Positions 1 through 9,575 are shown, numbered from the stretch's first letter. The stretch: 64,000 nucleotides of DNA from Geopsychrobacteraceae bacterium (GCA_963676795.2 CAXXTB010000002.1:1248001-1312000); one strand, 5' to 3'. Numbers and translations: made by a program. Notes: generated by a model not told the origin, from the sequence alone.

Positions 1-2
1 TG

Positions 3-869
3 CACGCGAGTGATTTTTCTGACCTTGACACGTTCCTCAAGGCACTGATGGATGCTGACAATCTGCAGCGGCTGGAAGCGGAATTGCGTCAGTATGATGC
101 GGAAGTTCAGCAGCTGACAGGTGCCAGTGCCCAGTTGCAGGAGCGCCTGGCTGGACAGTCACGCCCGGATCTGGATCAGCTTGGAATGGCTCTGAACAGG
201 CGGGTCGGGGAGAAAGACGCTGCGACCGCCACCTGGCAGACGCTTTCTGCCCGTCAGAAGCTTCTGCTTTCGATCCGGACCCGCCTCGCCCAGTCTGCGC
301 AGAAGCTCGCCGAGATCGACAGGGACTATGCTGTTGTCGGAACCTTGAGTGATGTCGCCAACGGCCAGACCGGTATGAAGATCAGCCTCCAGCGCTTTGT
401 CCTGAGCGTTCTGCTGGAAGACGTACTGCTCGATGCCAACCGGCGACTCGAGATCATGAGTAAGGGGCGCTATCACCTGCTGCGCAAGGAAGACAGGTCC
501 AAAGGGAACAAGGCTTCTGGGCTGGAGCTTGTCGTTGAGGACAGTTACAGCGGTATGGTGCGTCCGGTAGCGACCCTCTCGGGGGGTGAAAGCTTTCTGG
601 CCGCCCTGGCTCTGGCCCTGGGACTTTCCGATGTTGTGCAGGCCTACGCCGGAGGGATCAGGCTGGATACCCTGTTTATCGATGAAGGGTTTGGCAGCCT
701 CGATCCTGAGGCCCTCGATCTGGCCATCCGCACGCTGATCGATCTGCAGAGCAGCGGTCGGACAATCGGCGTAATCTCCCATGTCTCTGAACTGAAGGAG
801 CAGATCCCGCTGAGGATCGATGTTCAGAGTAGTCGTACCGGCAGTTTTACCCGGATCGTCGCCTGTTAG
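3..869 (+). CDS. sbcC: SbcC/Rad50 SMC-family nuclease subunit, C-terminal part (5' truncated by the window edge)
   Basis: Frame is open from position 3. Coiled coil, then signature LSGGE, Walker B/D-loop LFIDEGFGSLD and H-loop GVISH. Confidence 0.9.
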   Translation, partial: HASDFSDLDTFLKALMDADNLQRLEAELRQYDAEVQQLTGASAQLQERLAGQSRPDLDQLGMALNRRVGEKDAATATWQTLSARQKLLLSIRTRLAQSAQKLAEIDRDYAVVGTLSDVANGQTGMKISLQRFVLSVLLEDVLLDANRRLEIMSKGRYHLLRKEDRSKGNKASGLELVVEDSYSGMVRPVATLSGGESFLAALALALGLSDVVQAYAGGIRLDTLFIDEGFGSLDPEALDLAIRTLIDLQSSGRTIGVISHVSELKEQIPLRIDVQSSRTGSFTRIVAC

Positions 870-1082
870 GAGACTGGGGCGACGGCCGCAAATTACATTG
901 CTCAGGCGCATTGATGAGTGATTATTTTCAGGGGAGATCGGTCAATTGTCGCTGGTGGATGCATGTTTTCCGGATTATGCAAATTTCTTAGAGTATTTTT
1001 AAAAAAAAAACTTTATTTTAGATTTTTTTTAATGATATGATCCAAACCTCTAATACAACTCGCTTTGGGAGGGAGTATTTCA

Positions 1083-2183
1083 ATGGCCGAAAAACAGTCT
1101 AAGAAAGTTGGATTTGGTATCTCGCAAAAACTGCTGCTGGTTCTTCTCATCGTCTCACTGGTGCCGATGATCTGTATCGGGCAGTTAAGCCATCGTGACA
1201 TCACCAATCTGTCGGAAGAAAAAGCCTACCATGAATTGACCGCGATTAACGGCAATCTTGTCGCTCACGTTAACGACTGGGTAGATGCTAACCAGAGAAT
1301 GCTGAAGCTCAACGCCAGCCGCGATGTCATGCGCAACATGCTCGGTTTCAACCAGGAAGGGGCGTTGCGTGAGATTCCCAAGATCTACGACTGGACCTAT
1401 GTCGCCATGACCATCGATAACGATGGCAACAACGTTGCTCGAAGCGACGGTGGCGTTCTTGAGTTCTTCGGGGATCAGCAATATTTCAAAGAGGTTCAGC
1501 GCGGCAAGGATTTTGGTACCGAGATCGTTGTCGGTAAGTCGACCGGTAACCTGGCCATGATCATGGCAACCTCTGTTAAGGGCAAAGACAATACCCCGGA
1601 GGGCGTACTGGCCATCGGCATGAGTCTTGATGATCTTTCCCGCTCGATCGTCAACAAGAAAATCGGCAGCACAGGTTTTACCTTCCTCGTCGATCAGGAT
1701 GGCAACGTTATCGCCCACCCGGATAGCAGCATGACCCGTGGCCGAATCAATCTGGGCGATCATAAAGCGATCCAGGCCTTCAAACGCGGCGAAAAATCGA
1801 CGATCTTCACCGATTCCCATGGCAAGAAAATTGTCGCTTCGGTCGAAAACACTAATCAGGGCTGGATCATGGTCAGCCAGCAAAACTACGATGAAGCCTT
1901 CCAGGTCCTGAACTCCGTCAAGGTGAAAGGGCTGACGATTCTCGGTATTACCGTTGTCATCGTTCTGATCATTTCCTTCTTCATTGCCCGCTGGATTACC
2001 GCACCGATCCGCAGTCTGACGGTTGTTGCCGAGAAATACAGCCAGGGGCAGCTTGATCTCAAGATTGACGAGATCAGCCGCAACGATGAAATCGGCCAGC
2101 TCGCTGTGGCGATCGACCGCCTCGGCACCAGTATCCGCATGGCGATGAAACGTCTGCAGAAACGCAAAGCCGCCGGTCAGTAA
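1083..2183 (+). CDS. Membrane protein with Cache sensor domain and C-terminal HAMP, no cytoplasmic output domain
   Basis: SD GGAGGGAG before ATG 1083. TM1 LLLVLLIVSLVPMICI; Cache-like FTFLVDQDGNVIAHPD; TM2; HAMP PIRSL...DEIGQLAVAIDRL, then stop. Confidence 0.8.
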   Translation: MAEKQSKKVGFGISQKLLLVLLIVSLVPMICIGQLSHRDITNLSEEKAYHELTAINGNLVAHVNDWVDANQRMLKLNASRDVMRNMLGFNQEGALREIPKIYDWTYVAMTIDNDGNNVARSDGGVLEFFGDQQYFKEVQRGKDFGTEIVVGKSTGNLAMIMATSVKGKDNTPEGVLAIGMSLDDLSRSIVNKKIGSTGFTFLVDQDGNVIAHPDSSMTRGRINLGDHKAIQAFKRGEKSTIFTDSHGKKIVASVENTNQGWIMVSQQNYDEAFQVLNSVKVKGLTILGITVVIVLIISFFIARWITAPIRSLTVVAEKYSQGQLDLKIDEISRNDEIGQLAVAIDRLGTSIRMAMKRLQKRKAAGQ

Positions 2184-2222
2184 GTCAAAGTCTCCCTCGA
2201 CAACTTTCTGACAGCTGAAATG

Positions 2223-2259
2223 ATAATGGCCAGTTCCTCAAGGAACTGGCCATTATTTG
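2223..2259 (+). terminator. Intrinsic terminator
   Basis: Perfect stem ATAATGGCCAGTTCC-tcaa-GGAACTGGCCATTAT followed by T residues, just after the stop at 2183. Confidence 0.75.
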
Positions 2260-2546
2260 TTATGGAGGCAGACCTGTATCGCTTACAGGGGCAGCGCGCC
2301 GTGAATGGGGCGTCTCAGATTCTTGTAAGCCTGTTTTCGAAGCTGCATAGTACCTATAGAAATTAATAATGTAAAAATCCTTAGGACTTTTGCATTGGTA
2401 ATTTGGCAGGAAATTTGACAAATGAGTGAAGGGCGCTTACCTCTAAGGACATTTATAAATCCTAAGTTGTGAAACCCTAACTATTGCAACAGGCAGGAAC
2501 GAAATGGCGGGATCAGATGTTGAATCCATATGTCACATAAATATCG

Positions 2547-2574
2547 TTGTTTCTGGGGCAATATTTGTTATAAT
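2547..2574 (+). promoter_or_regulatory. Putative sigma-70 promoter of the RHH gene pair
   Basis: TTGTTT (2547-2552), 16-bp spacer, extended -10 TGtTATAAT (2566-2574). Confidence 0.55.
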
Positions 2575-2610
2575 GACTATTCTAATGATAACACCGAAGG
2601 GAGGCAGAGA

Positions 2611-2877
2611 ATGTCTGTTCAGTCAGAGAGAATCACGATCTTGGGAACCCCTGCTTTCAAAAAGTTTTTGATGAGTGAAGCTGAAAAAGAAGGGGTTAGC
2701 ATGTCAGAGCTTGTGCGTCAAAGATGCTTAATGCAGGACACTAGCGGGGATGAAGAGTTGTTAGCTGCGCTGGTGGCGGAAGTGAGCGAAGCAACAGCCA
2801 GGGCCAAGAAAGCCTTAGAGCAAGGGTTAGCTGATGCTGAATCCGCCTTAGCTGAGGTCAGGGGGCACCAACAGTGA
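2611..2877 (+). CDS. Ribbon-helix-helix (CopG-like) protein with C-terminal coiled coil, 88 aa
   Basis: SD GGGAGG before ATG 2611. Strand ERITIL, helix PAFKKFLMSEAEKEG, then VSMSELVRQ, a typical RHH layout. Confidence 0.65.
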   Translation: MSVQSERITILGTPAFKKFLMSEAEKEGVSMSELVRQRCLMQDTSGDEELLAALVAEVSEATARAKKALEQGLADAESALAEVRGHQQ

Positions 2878-3056
2878 GCGCATTGAAAGATGTTATTGGA
2901 GTCATGAAGGACGTTTTGTTGCTGACCGAGAAGGTAGAAAAAACCGGAACCACTCTCTCGGAGGTTTCAAAAGAGATCCGTGAACATGATCGGCGCTTGA
3001 TTCGCCTGGAAACAATCATTGAATTGGCTCAGTCTCAAACAAAGCGAATTGAATAA
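2874..3056 (+). CDS. Small coiled-coil hypothetical protein, 60 aa
   Basis: GTGA overlap with the upstream stop (translational coupling). Heptad-like LSEVSKEIREHDRRLIRLETIIE. Confidence 0.65.
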   Translation: MSALKDVIGVMKDVLLLTEKVEKTGTTLSEVSKEIREHDRRLIRLETIIELAQSQTKRIE

Positions 3057-3235
3057 ACCAAGGGAAAGTATGGGCCAGTCAATACTGGCTCTGAATCAGA
3101 ATAACCGATATTGCTGATTGGTAAAATTTCAAAACTTGATAGTTTTGAACCTTTGTATTCATTAATAATAAGAGGGCTTAGCAAGATGCTAATAGTCATT
3201 CGCTTGTAATTTTAAGGTAAGTAGTAGATGATATG

Positions 3236-3271
3236 AAAAACAGCCCCTTATCCGCGCGGAAAAGGGGCTGT
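3236..3271 (-). terminator. Intrinsic terminator of the ABC transporter operon
   Basis: Stem ACAGCCCCTT...AAGGGGCTGT with an A-tract on the left (U-tract on the minus strand). Confidence 0.7.
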
Positions 3272-3296
3272 ATGTTGCAAACCCGGGTACTGTCTA

Positions 3297-4010
3297 TCAA
3301 ACGCCTAAATAAGCGGCTTTGACGTGCGGATCGTTGAGCAGGTCCTGGCTGCTCCCTTCCAGGACAACCTGTCCCTGTTCCATGACGTAGGCGCGGTCGC
3401 TGATCGCCATCGAGTTCATCAGATCCTGTTCGACCAGGACGATGGTCACGCCGTAGTTCTCGGCGATCTTGCGGATCGCGCTGAAAATATCCTTTTTCAG
3501 GACCGGCGCAAGGCCGAGTGACGGCTCATCAAGCATCATCACCTTGGGCTGGGCCATGATCCCGCGGCCGATAGCGACCATCTGCTGCTCGCCGCCCGAC
3601 AGGGTCCCCGACATCTGGTGCTTGCGTTCGGCCAGGCGCGGGAACAGTTCGTAGACCTCGGCCAGATTCTTATCGAAGTTCTTGCGGCCGTTACGGCTGA
3701 AGGCGCCCAGCTCGAGGTTCTCCAGTACCGTCATCAGCGAGAACAGGCGCCGTCCTTCAGGAACGTGGATCAGTCCCCCGGCGACGATTTCATCGGCCGG
3801 AGTCCCGGAAATCTTACGGCCATTGTAGATGATTTCCCCCTGGGTGGGGGTGAGCAGGCCGGAGATGGTCTTGAGCAGGGTCGATTTGCCGGCACCGTTG
3901 GCGCCGACGATGCTTAAAACCTCGCCTTCACGCACTTCCAGTGAAACATCGAAAAGCACCTGGATTTCGCCGTAGCCGACGTTGATGTTGTTAATGCTGA
4001 TTAGCGACAT
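3297..4010 (-). CDS. livF: HAAT-family ABC transporter ATP-binding protein (LivF-like)
   Basis: Walker A GANGAGKST, VPEGRRLF, LSGGEQQM, LDEPSLGLAP. Start taken at MSLISIN. Confidence 0.92.
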   Translation of the reverse strand: MSLISINNINVGYGEIQVLFDVSLEVREGEVLSIVGANGAGKSTLLKTISGLLTPTQGEIIYNGRKISGTPADEIVAGGLIHVPEGRRLFSLMTVLENLELGAFSRNGRKNFDKNLAEVYELFPRLAERKHQMSGTLSGGEQQMVAIGRGIMAQPKVMMLDEPSLGLAPVLKKDIFSAIRKIAENYGVTIVLVEQDLMNSMAISDRAYVMEQGQVVLEGSSQDLLNDPHVKAAYLGV

Positions 4011-4722
4011 AAGCTTCTCCCAGGTAGGCCTTGATGACCTCTTCATTGTTGATGACGTCGTGCGGGTCGCCCTCGGCGATCTTCTTTCCGAAGTTGATAA
4101 CATAGACCTTGTCGGACAGGTTCATGATCGCCTGCATGATATGCTCGACGATGATGATACTGACGCCGACCTCGTTGATCTTCTTGATAACCGGCAGCAT
4201 CTCGGTGACCTCGGACGGGCGCAGGCCCGCCATAACCTCATCGAGCAGCAGCAGCTGAGGCTCGGTGGCCAGGGCGCGAGCCAGTTCCAGGCGCTTGCGC
4301 TCCGGCAGGGTCAGGCTCTTTGACACCACATCGCGTTTGTCATAGAGATCGAGAATCTTGAGAACCTCAATCGCTTTTGTGCGGGCCTCGCTCAGCTTGT
4401 TGGTATTGGCAAAGGCGCCGACCATGGTGTTGTAGAGTACCGTTTTGCTGGCAAACGGTTTGACCACCTGAAAGGTGCGGGTGATGCCGAGCTTGCAGAT
4501 CTCATGCGGCTTCTTGCCGGCCATCTCGTGACCGTTGAACATGATGCTGCCGCTGGTCGGCGGAAAGGCGCCGGCGATACAGTTGAACAGGGTGGTCTTG
4601 CCGGCACCGTTGGGTCCGATGACGCCGACGATCTGTCCCTTGTCGACGCTCAGATCGACGCTGTTGACCGCAGTCAGTCCGCCAAACTGTTTGATAACCT
4701 TACTTACTGTCAAAAGCGCCAT
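3991..4722 (-). CDS. livG: HAAT-family ABC transporter ATP-binding protein (LivG-like)
   Basis: FGGLTAV, GPNGAGKTT, RTFQ, LLLLDE, VIKAYLG. Confidence 0.92.
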   Translation of the reverse strand: MALLTVSKVIKQFGGLTAVNSVDLSVDKGQIVGVIGPNGAGKTTLFNCIAGAFPPTSGSIMFNGHEMAGKKPHEICKLGITRTFQVVKPFASKTVLYNTMVGAFANTNKLSEARTKAIEVLKILDLYDKRDVVSKSLTLPERKRLELARALATEPQLLLLDEVMAGLRPSEVTEMLPVIKKINEVGVSIIIVEHIMQAIMNLSDKVYVINFGKKIAEGDPHDVINNEEVIKAYLGEAYVANQH

Positions 4723-5755
4723 TGCAGACCTCCTCTTGCTGTTCTTCTCCCGATTTTTTCGTGAAGCGGTTGTTGATTCTGGCCAGCAGCCGGGAGAGCG
4801 GCAGAACCAGCCCTTTGGGCTGATAGCGCATGACGATGACCAGGATCAGTCCGAAGATGATCAGGTGCAGACCCGGCAGTGTGTCGGACAGGTAGATGCG
4901 GGTCAGGTCACCGACCGGGCGCAGCAGCAGGGCACCGATAACCGGACCCAAGATGGTGCCGCGGCCGCCGATCAGAGCGATAAAGGCGATCTCGTAGGAG
5001 AGGTCGAGCCCTAAGATCGACTTCGGATAGAAGTAGAGGAACATCTGGGCATAGAAGGTACCGCCCAGCGCAGTCAGGAAACAGCTGATGGCCATGGCGA
5101 TCAGCTTGTATTTGGATACCTTGATCCCCAGTGCTGCTGCTGCGTCCGGTTCTTCACCACCGGCAGCCAGGTAATAGCCGACCTTCGAATTCATCATGAT
5201 GAAGGTGATCAGCAGGACGATCAGGAGCATGATCAGAATGATGTAGTAGTACGGAACCTTGCTGGTGAACTGAAAGTGAGCAAAGGAGTTTCCGGCCAGG
5301 TCGATCAGCAGTCCCTTAGGGCCTCGGACCGGGAAGGGACCAATATGCTCGATATTCTCAACCAGCACGCGCATCGCTTCGCCGAAGGCGATGGTCGCCA
5401 GTGCAAAGTAGGCGCCGCGTAGTTTCAGCGTCGGCAGACCGATCAGAATGCCCATCAGCGCAGCGATGACCCCACCGGCCAGCATACCGATCCAGGGACT
5501 TAGGCCCCAGGTCAGGTAGAGGCTGGTTGAAACGTAGGCACCGATCCCGACAAAGGCGGAATGGCCCAGTGGCAGAACCCCGGCAAAGCCGCCGACGAAA
5601 TTCCAGCAGGAGGTCAGGTAGGCGTAGAAGATGATCAGAATGAGAATCTGCAGCACCGTCGGGTTACTGATAAAGAGTGGCAGCGCCAGCAGGATAAGCA
5701 CGACGACCAACGTGAGAATCTTGTTGAATTTCGACTGTTCAGTAAGCAATTTCAT
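4700..5755 (-). CDS. livM: HAAT-family ABC transporter permease (LivM-like)
   Basis: Multi-TM protein with LGHSAFVGIGAY, LRGAYFALATIAF and IGGRGTILGP. Confidence 0.9.
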   Translation of the reverse strand: MKLLTEQSKFNKILTLVVVLILLALPLFISNPTVLQILILIIFYAYLTSCWNFVGGFAGVLPLGHSAFVGIGAYVSTSLYLTWGLSPWIGMLAGGVIAALMGILIGLPTLKLRGAYFALATIAFGEAMRVLVENIEHIGPFPVRGPKGLLIDLAGNSFAHFQFTSKVPYYYIILIMLLIVLLITFIMMNSKVGYYLAAGGEEPDAAAALGIKVSKYKLIAMAISCFLTALGGTFYAQMFLYFYPKSILGLDLSYEIAFIALIGGRGTILGPVIGALLLRPVGDLTRIYLSDTLPGLHLIIFGLILVIVMRYQPKGLVLPLSRLLARINNRFTKKSGEEQQEEVCNGAFDSK

Positions 5756-5765
5756 GGTTATCCCC

Positions 5766-6653
5766 TTAATAGTCCTGTTTCAGGCCGAAGAGTCCAGCCG
5801 GTTTGATGAACAGAACCAGGAGGAAGAAGACATAGATAAGCATTTCGGTCCAGGTAGCGGCCATGAACTGGGCGCCCAAAGTTTCGATGATGCCGATCAG
5901 AATTCCGCCGAGGATCGCACCCGGCACACTGCCCAGTCCACCCAGGACGACGATGATGAAGGCCTTGATGTCGAAAGGCACACCGACCGTCGGATAGACG
6001 TAGTAGAAAGGCACCAGGACGCAGGCGGCGACACCACAGCAGGCACAGCCGAGGCCGAAGACGATATTGTAGATCCGGTTCTGCTTGATCCCCATCAGGG
6101 TCGCCGCTTCACGGTCGAGCGAGGTGGCACGCACCGCCTTGCCCATCCGTGAATGACGCAGGAACCAGAACAGGTAGAGGCCGAGCAGCAGGGTGATGAC
6201 CGCACCGATGATCTTGGGCCAGAGGAAGTACATGTCGAAGACCTCGAGCATCTTGCCGGTGACGCTGGTCTTGGCGACGCGGAACTCGGCACCGAAGAGC
6301 ATCAGCGCCAGGTTGTCGAGGATGTACCAGATCCCGGTGGTGACGATGATGACGGTGATCGGTTCGCGGACGTCTTTTTCTGCAACGAAGATCGGTTTGA
6401 TAATGAACTTCTGCATGGCGTAGCCAAAGACAAACAGCAGCGGAACGACGACGACCAGAGCCAGATAAGGGTTCAGACCGGTCAGGGCGACGAAGAAGTA
6501 GGCGGCGAACATCCCGACCATGAGGATCGAGCCATGGGCAAAGTTGACGACCTTCATGACCCCGAAGATCAGGGTCAGGCCGACGGCGGTCAGACCATAG
6601 ATCGACCCCATCAGGATGCCGTTAAGCAGAGATTCAATATAACCGATGAGCAT
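5766..6653 (-). CDS. livH: HAAT-family ABC transporter permease (LivH-like)
   Basis: GLTLIFGVMKVVNFAHG, GKAVRA, VLGGLGSVPGA. Confidence 0.9.
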   Translation of the reverse strand: MLIGYIESLLNGILMGSIYGLTAVGLTLIFGVMKVVNFAHGSILMVGMFAAYFFVALTGLNPYLALVVVVPLLFVFGYAMQKFIIKPIFVAEKDVREPITVIIVTTGIWYILDNLALMLFGAEFRVAKTSVTGKMLEVFDMYFLWPKIIGAVITLLLGLYLFWFLRHSRMGKAVRATSLDREAATLMGIKQNRIYNIVFGLGCACCGVAACVLVPFYYVYPTVGVPFDIKAFIIVVLGGLGSVPGAILGGILIGIIETLGAQFMAATWTEMLIYVFFLLVLFIKPAGLFGLKQDY

Positions 6654-6701
6654 AGTTTTCTCCTGAGTTGTGCCTGCTCCCGCAGGTTGCGGGAACCTGG
6701 T

Positions 6702-6724
6702 GCCGGAGGGGGTGACCCTCCGGC
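6702..6724. promoter_or_regulatory. Intercistronic stem-loop after the binding-protein gene (possible mRNA stabiliser)
   Basis: GCCGGAGGG-ggtga-CCCTCCGGC. Confidence 0.45.
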
Positions 6725-6739
6725 TGATCAGACGTACTG

Positions 6740-7975
6740 TTACTTTGCTGGTTGCGGGAAGACCGGAGTGTAGCCTGCGCGGCGGACCGGGGTCGGCCAG
6801 ACGGTGATGCGGTCCATGCCATGATCGGTTTTGCGGATCTGGGCGATGACCAGGCTGGCGTTCTTGTTCTGGCCGAACTCATCGAACTCGACGCAGTCAT
6901 AGGCCAGCATCTGAGCCTTGCCGTCACAGAATTTCATCTCATTGAGTGCCTTGCGGACTGCGGCAGGATCGGTCGAAGCGGCAGTTTCCAGAGCCTCCTT
7001 GACGACGTACATGGAAGCATAGGCGTCAACCGCCTCACCAGTCATGTTGTGGCCGTAGGTGGCTTTGTACTTGTCGTTGGTTTCCTTCAGGCCGACGCGG
7101 TTGAGGTCGGTTTCCCACTCGACGATGTCGAAGATGTAGTCGGCATTTTTACCGGCCGCTTCCAAAAAGGATGGGTCAGCATGGCCACCACCAGAGGTGA
7201 TGATCGCTTTGACATTGACCTTCATCTCGGCCATGGTGTTGGTCAGCAGGATGGCATCGGCAGCGTTGGAGGTCATGAAAACGACGTCCGGCTTGGAACG
7301 CTTGAGCTTGATGACGACCGGGGTCAGGTCGGAAGCGGTGCTTGGATAGGCCTCGTCGAGAACCACCTTGTAGCCCATTTCCTCGGCCATCTGACGCCAC
7401 TTTTCAGCGAAACCGGTACCCCAGTCGCCATTTTCGTAGACGAAGGCGACCTTCTTGATCTCGACATTGAATTCTTTCGACATGTCGGAGAGGAAGATGA
7501 ACTGGTCACGGGCCCACCAGGAATCCTTGGCGGCAAGGCGGAAGACGTTCTTGAAGCCGCGTTCGGTGATGGTATCACGGACCGAAACCGGAACGATGAA
7601 CGGCACGCCGTAACGCTCGGCAACCTGGGTGGTCGGGTAGGTGACGGCGGAGTTCCAGCAGCCGGTCAGCAGATCGACCTTGTCGTTGTTGATCAGACGC
7701 TCGGCTTCGGTAACACCGGTGGTCGGATCAGATTTGCTGTCAGCGAAGAACAAATCGATTTTGGCGCCGCCCAGCGCTTTGATGCCGCCAGCTGCGTTGA
7801 TCTCCTCGATGGCCATTTCACGGGCCTGTCTGCCTTGAATACCGACCGAAGCAGAAGGTCCGGATAGCGGGATGATATTACCGATCTTGACGGTTTCTGC
7901 CGCAAACGCCGAACCGGCGAACAGGGTCACCGCTGTGGCAGCGACGATGGCTAAACTTTTCTTGGTGATTTTCAT
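6740..7975 (-). CDS. HAAT-family periplasmic substrate-binding protein (LivK/LivJ-like)
   Basis: Signal peptide ending AFA-A; VKIGNIIPLSGPSA; EEINAAGGI; first gene of the liv-like block. Confidence 0.9.
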   Translation of the reverse strand: MKITKKSLAIVAATAVTLFAGSAFAAETVKIGNIIPLSGPSASVGIQGRQAREMAIEEINAAGGIKALGGAKIDLFFADSKSDPTTGVTEAERLINNDKVDLLTGCWNSAVTYPTTQVAERYGVPFIVPVSVRDTITERGFKNVFRLAAKDSWWARDQFIFLSDMSKEFNVEIKKVAFVYENGDWGTGFAEKWRQMAEEMGYKVVLDEAYPSTASDLTPVVIKLKRSKPDVVFMTSNAADAILLTNTMAEMKVNVKAIITSGGGHADPSFLEAAGKNADYIFDIVEWETDLNRVGLKETNDKYKATYGHNMTGEAVDAYASMYVVKEALETAASTDPAAVRKALNEMKFCDGKAQMLAYDCVEFDEFGQNKNASLVIAQIRKTDHGMDRITVWPTPVRRAGYTPVFPQPAK

Positions 7976-8044
7976 ACGTTCTCCTTTTTTCGAGTTAAGA
8001 GCATGAGCCTGCCGGATGATTCCGGCAGGCAGAGTTCCTGTCGA

Positions 8045-8162
8045 GAAGCGTTTTTTTTTCGCAAGGTCAAGGAAGGCAAGCCTTTGCGCGGAGGCGTAGC
8101 GCTAGCTACGTCGCACAAGTAGAGGCGAAGCCTGACGCAGAGATTGCGAAAAAGGGCGCTTC
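8045..8162. repeat. About 120-bp nested palindromic intergenic element (MITE/REP-like)
   Basis: Terminal arms GAAGCG-T9-CGCAA / TTGCG-AAAAAGGG-CGCTTC; central hairpin GGCGTAGC-gcta-GCTACGTC. Confidence 0.6.
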
Positions 8163-9509
8163 CTATTTGCGAAGAACGGCGGCTGTGGCGTTCTCGATGA
8201 TCTGTAGCGCCTGTGCCAGCTGATCATCGGTCAAAACAAGTGGTGGAAGGAGGCGGATAACGTTACCGTAGATACCGGCGCTGATCACCAGCAGGCCGCG
8301 CTTGACACATTCAGCAATAACGGCAGCGGCGGTTGGCTTGTCCGGCTCTTTGGTTGCAGGGTCTTTGACAAACTCGAAAGCGATCATTGCTCCCAAGCTT
8401 CTGATGTCACCGATCTGCGGGTACTTTTCCTGCAGCTGGCGCAGGCGACCGACGATGGTCTCGCCCAGCGCCATGGCCTTGGCCGGCAGGTTCTCTTTTT
8501 CCATGTAGGCGATAGTCGCCAGGGCGGCCTGGCAGGCCAGCGGGTTGCCGCCGTAGGTGCCACCGATGAATCCCGGCCCCGGAGCGTCCATGATCTCGGC
8601 CTTGCCGACAACGGCTGAGAGCGGCATGCCGGAAGCGATCGATTTGGCGACGGTCATCAGGTCGGGAATGACACCGAAATGCTCGATGGCGAACATCTTG
8701 CCGGTTCGCGAGAAACCGGTCTGAACCTCGTCAGCGATCAGCAGAATACCGTGCTTGTCACAGATTTCGCGTAAGCCCTGCCAGTAGCCCTGCGGTGGAA
8801 TGTTGAAACCTCCTTCGCCCTGCACCGGCTCGAGGATCATGGCGGCGATGCTGCTCGGGTCGACCTCCGAGATAAAGAAGCGCTCGAAATAGTCGAGGTA
8901 AGCCTGGCAGCTCTCTTGCGCAGACACATTCAGCTGGCTGCGGTAGAGGTTCGGGAACGGAACCTTGTAGACATCCGGCGCATAGGGGCCGAAGCCGTGC
9001 TTGTACGGCTTGACCTTGCTGGTCAGGGTCATGGTCATCAGGGTGCGGCCATGGAAGCCCGATTCAAAGCTGATGATTCCGCTGCGGCCGGTGTAGGCAC
9101 GGGCGATCTTGATTGCGTTTTCGACCGCTTCGGCGCCACTGTTGACGAACATCGCTTTTTTGGCGTGATCGCCCGGGGTGATCTCGGTCAGTTTCTTGGC
9201 CAGCTCAACGTATGGCTCATACATGGTCACCATGAAACAGGAATGAAGCAACTTCTCAGCCTGTTCCTTGACGATACTGACAACCTCATCAGGACAGTGG
9301 CCGGCAGTGGTGACACCGATACCGCTGTAGAAGTCGAGGTAACGATTCCCGTCGATATCTTCGAGAATGGCACCTTTGGCCTGGTTGATGAAAATCGGTG
9401 CCGCATGGCCGATACCAGCCGCGACATACTTGGCCTTGTCTTGCAGCAGAGCTTGGGTGCGCTCGCTCGGAGCGGATGAGATCTCTGCCAGTTCGTTATT
9501 CTTGAGCAT
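8163..9509 (-). CDS. gabT: 4-aminobutyrate (or 5-aminovalerate) aminotransferase, class III PLP enzyme
   Basis: [43 protein letters not shown] lysine in [20 protein letters not shown] before ATG 9509. Confidence 0.88.
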   Translation of the reverse strand: MLKNNELAEISSAPSERTQALLQDKAKYVAAGIGHAAPIFINQAKGAILEDIDGNRYLDFYSGIGVTTAGHCPDEVVSIVKEQAEKLLHSCFMVTMYEPYVELAKKLTEITPGDHAKKAMFVNSGAEAVENAIKIARAYTGRSGIISFESGFHGRTLMTMTLTSKVKPYKHGFGPYAPDVYKVPFPNLYRSQLNVSAQESCQAYLDYFERFFISEVDPSSIAAMILEPVQGEGGFNIPPQGYWQGLREICDKHGILLIADEVQTGFSRTGKMFAIEHFGVIPDLMTVAKSIASGMPLSAVVGKAEIMDAPGPGFIGGTYGGNPLACQAALATIAYMEKENLPAKAMALGETIVGRLRQLQEKYPQIGDIRSLGAMIAFEFVKDPATKEPDKPTAAAVIAECVKRGLLVISAGIYGNVIRLLPPLVLTDDQLAQALQIIENATAAVLRK

Positions 9510-9559
9510 TCGTTTTCCTCCAGATTTAGGCTGAACACATACGTGATACACCTTCTATG

Positions 9560-9575
9560 AGCAATGGCTGTGCCA
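9560..9575 (-). promoter_or_regulatory. Sigma-54 -24/-12 promoter of the gabT-ABC operon
   Basis: Minus strand reads TGGCACagccaTTGCT, an exact TGGCAC-N5-TTGCW match. Confidence 0.85.

Noticed and set aside
2281..2330. Imperfect inverted repeat GCTTACAGG...CTTGTAAGC as a possible integron attC or IS end at the islet edge
   Set aside because: No RYYYAAC/GTTRRRY boxes, no second copy, and no integrase or transposase.
6752..7867. Long antisense ORFs (also 13720-14832, 18959-20182, 27483-28622, 52629-53696, 56720-58195, 58681-59877, 62299-63297)
   Set aside because: They are shadows of well-supported genes on the opposite strand, expected from GC-biased codon use, and show no recognisable motifs.
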